A stretch of 64,000 nucleotides of DNA from Eledone cirrhosa (Eukaryota). Each line of letters opens with the position of its first letter. Position 1 is the stretch's first letter. Location: contig OZ024751.1 in NCBI GenBank assembly GCA_964016885.1, positions 42,222,001 through 42,286,000 of the forward strand, in the 5' to 3' direction. The position numbers and the translations under genes were made by a program. The notes beneath the pieces were generated by a model that was not told the origin of the DNA, did not search any database, and worked only from the letters and a program-made list of their open reading frames with translations. Positions 63,341 through 64,000 of this stretch are shown here, in pieces.

Positions 63341-64000
63341 TGTATTAACCCTTTAGCATTTAAACTGGCTATATCCGGCCAGAATCTCTCACCTCTTCCT
63401 GTTCAAAATGGCTGGTCATACTCATGTTAAGATATTCTCAAAATAAATAATATCAAAATCTCAGATTCGATATTATGTGAGAAAGTGTTTACCGTGAAAA
63501 CACAGTAGTAAATATAGAGTAATGTAAATGCTAAAGGGTTAAGGTTTATTCTTGGAACTGTCGAGCTAGTAGTCTAGTATTTTAACCACTAACTATAATC
63601 TCATATTAGTAAATTATTTTTGATACCTCTGGGTGATGGAAATATTATTAAAATGGCATCTGTGAGGTTTAAAAGTTAACTGACGAAACAACTGACTATA
63701 GCTAGCATAAGTGGAGTGTGGGGTGGTGGGAAGGAAAGGCTCTTCTGTTTGAAGATAGAAGATCCATAGTTATCCTTGGTCAGTTTTCAATGATATATAG
63801 CCAAAGAGCATTCTGTTGAACCAGAGCCAATTTGGATGGGTTCATAAAAAAAAAAGCATTAAACTGTAGACAAACAATCCCAAAAGAAAAGACGATTTCC
63901 CGATCCATCTAACTAGTAACAATATAAGTACTATTGTTCACTGCTATAATCAGGTGACTACGCTGGGCTTAGTGATATGAGAATTGGATTCGCAATCATG

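Overview
AT-rich, repeat-dense animal genomic DNA, most likely a coleoid cephalopod such as Octopus. That call rests on the (TA)n/(CAT)n tracts, tRNA-derived SINEs, RTE LINEs and protein similarity, and was not checked by search. Four protein-coding genes can be reconstructed by hand. (1) A two-coding-exon uncharacterised His-rich multipass membrane protein on + (3176-4384). (2) A complete HMG-CoA reductase (HMGCR) on -, with 21 coding exons (32105->10607, 826 aa), all GT-AG and phase-consistent. (3) An uninterrupted 1000-aa Polo-like kinase 4 (PLK4/SAK) ORF on + (35429-38431), head-to-head with HMGCR. (4) The last four exons of mitochondrial ribosomal protein L24 (MRPL24) on -. The rest is LINE fragments (RTE, CR1/L2-like, possible CRE), SINEs, piggyBac-, Tc1/mariner- and hAT-type MITEs, and many mini- and microsatellites. 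The most unusual signals are hammerhead-ribozyme-like motifs of Penelope/retrozyme type near (TA)n tracts (two fold-back palindromes pivot on the ribozyme core), an intronless PLK4 CDS, an altered Insig-binding motif in HMGCR, a fully open in-frame HMGCR intron, a PHD-like finger embedded in an RTE reverse transcriptase, and minisatellites seeded from SINE and MITE internals. No wholly new system can be proven from sequence alone. No CRISPR array, rRNA or true tRNA gene was seen.
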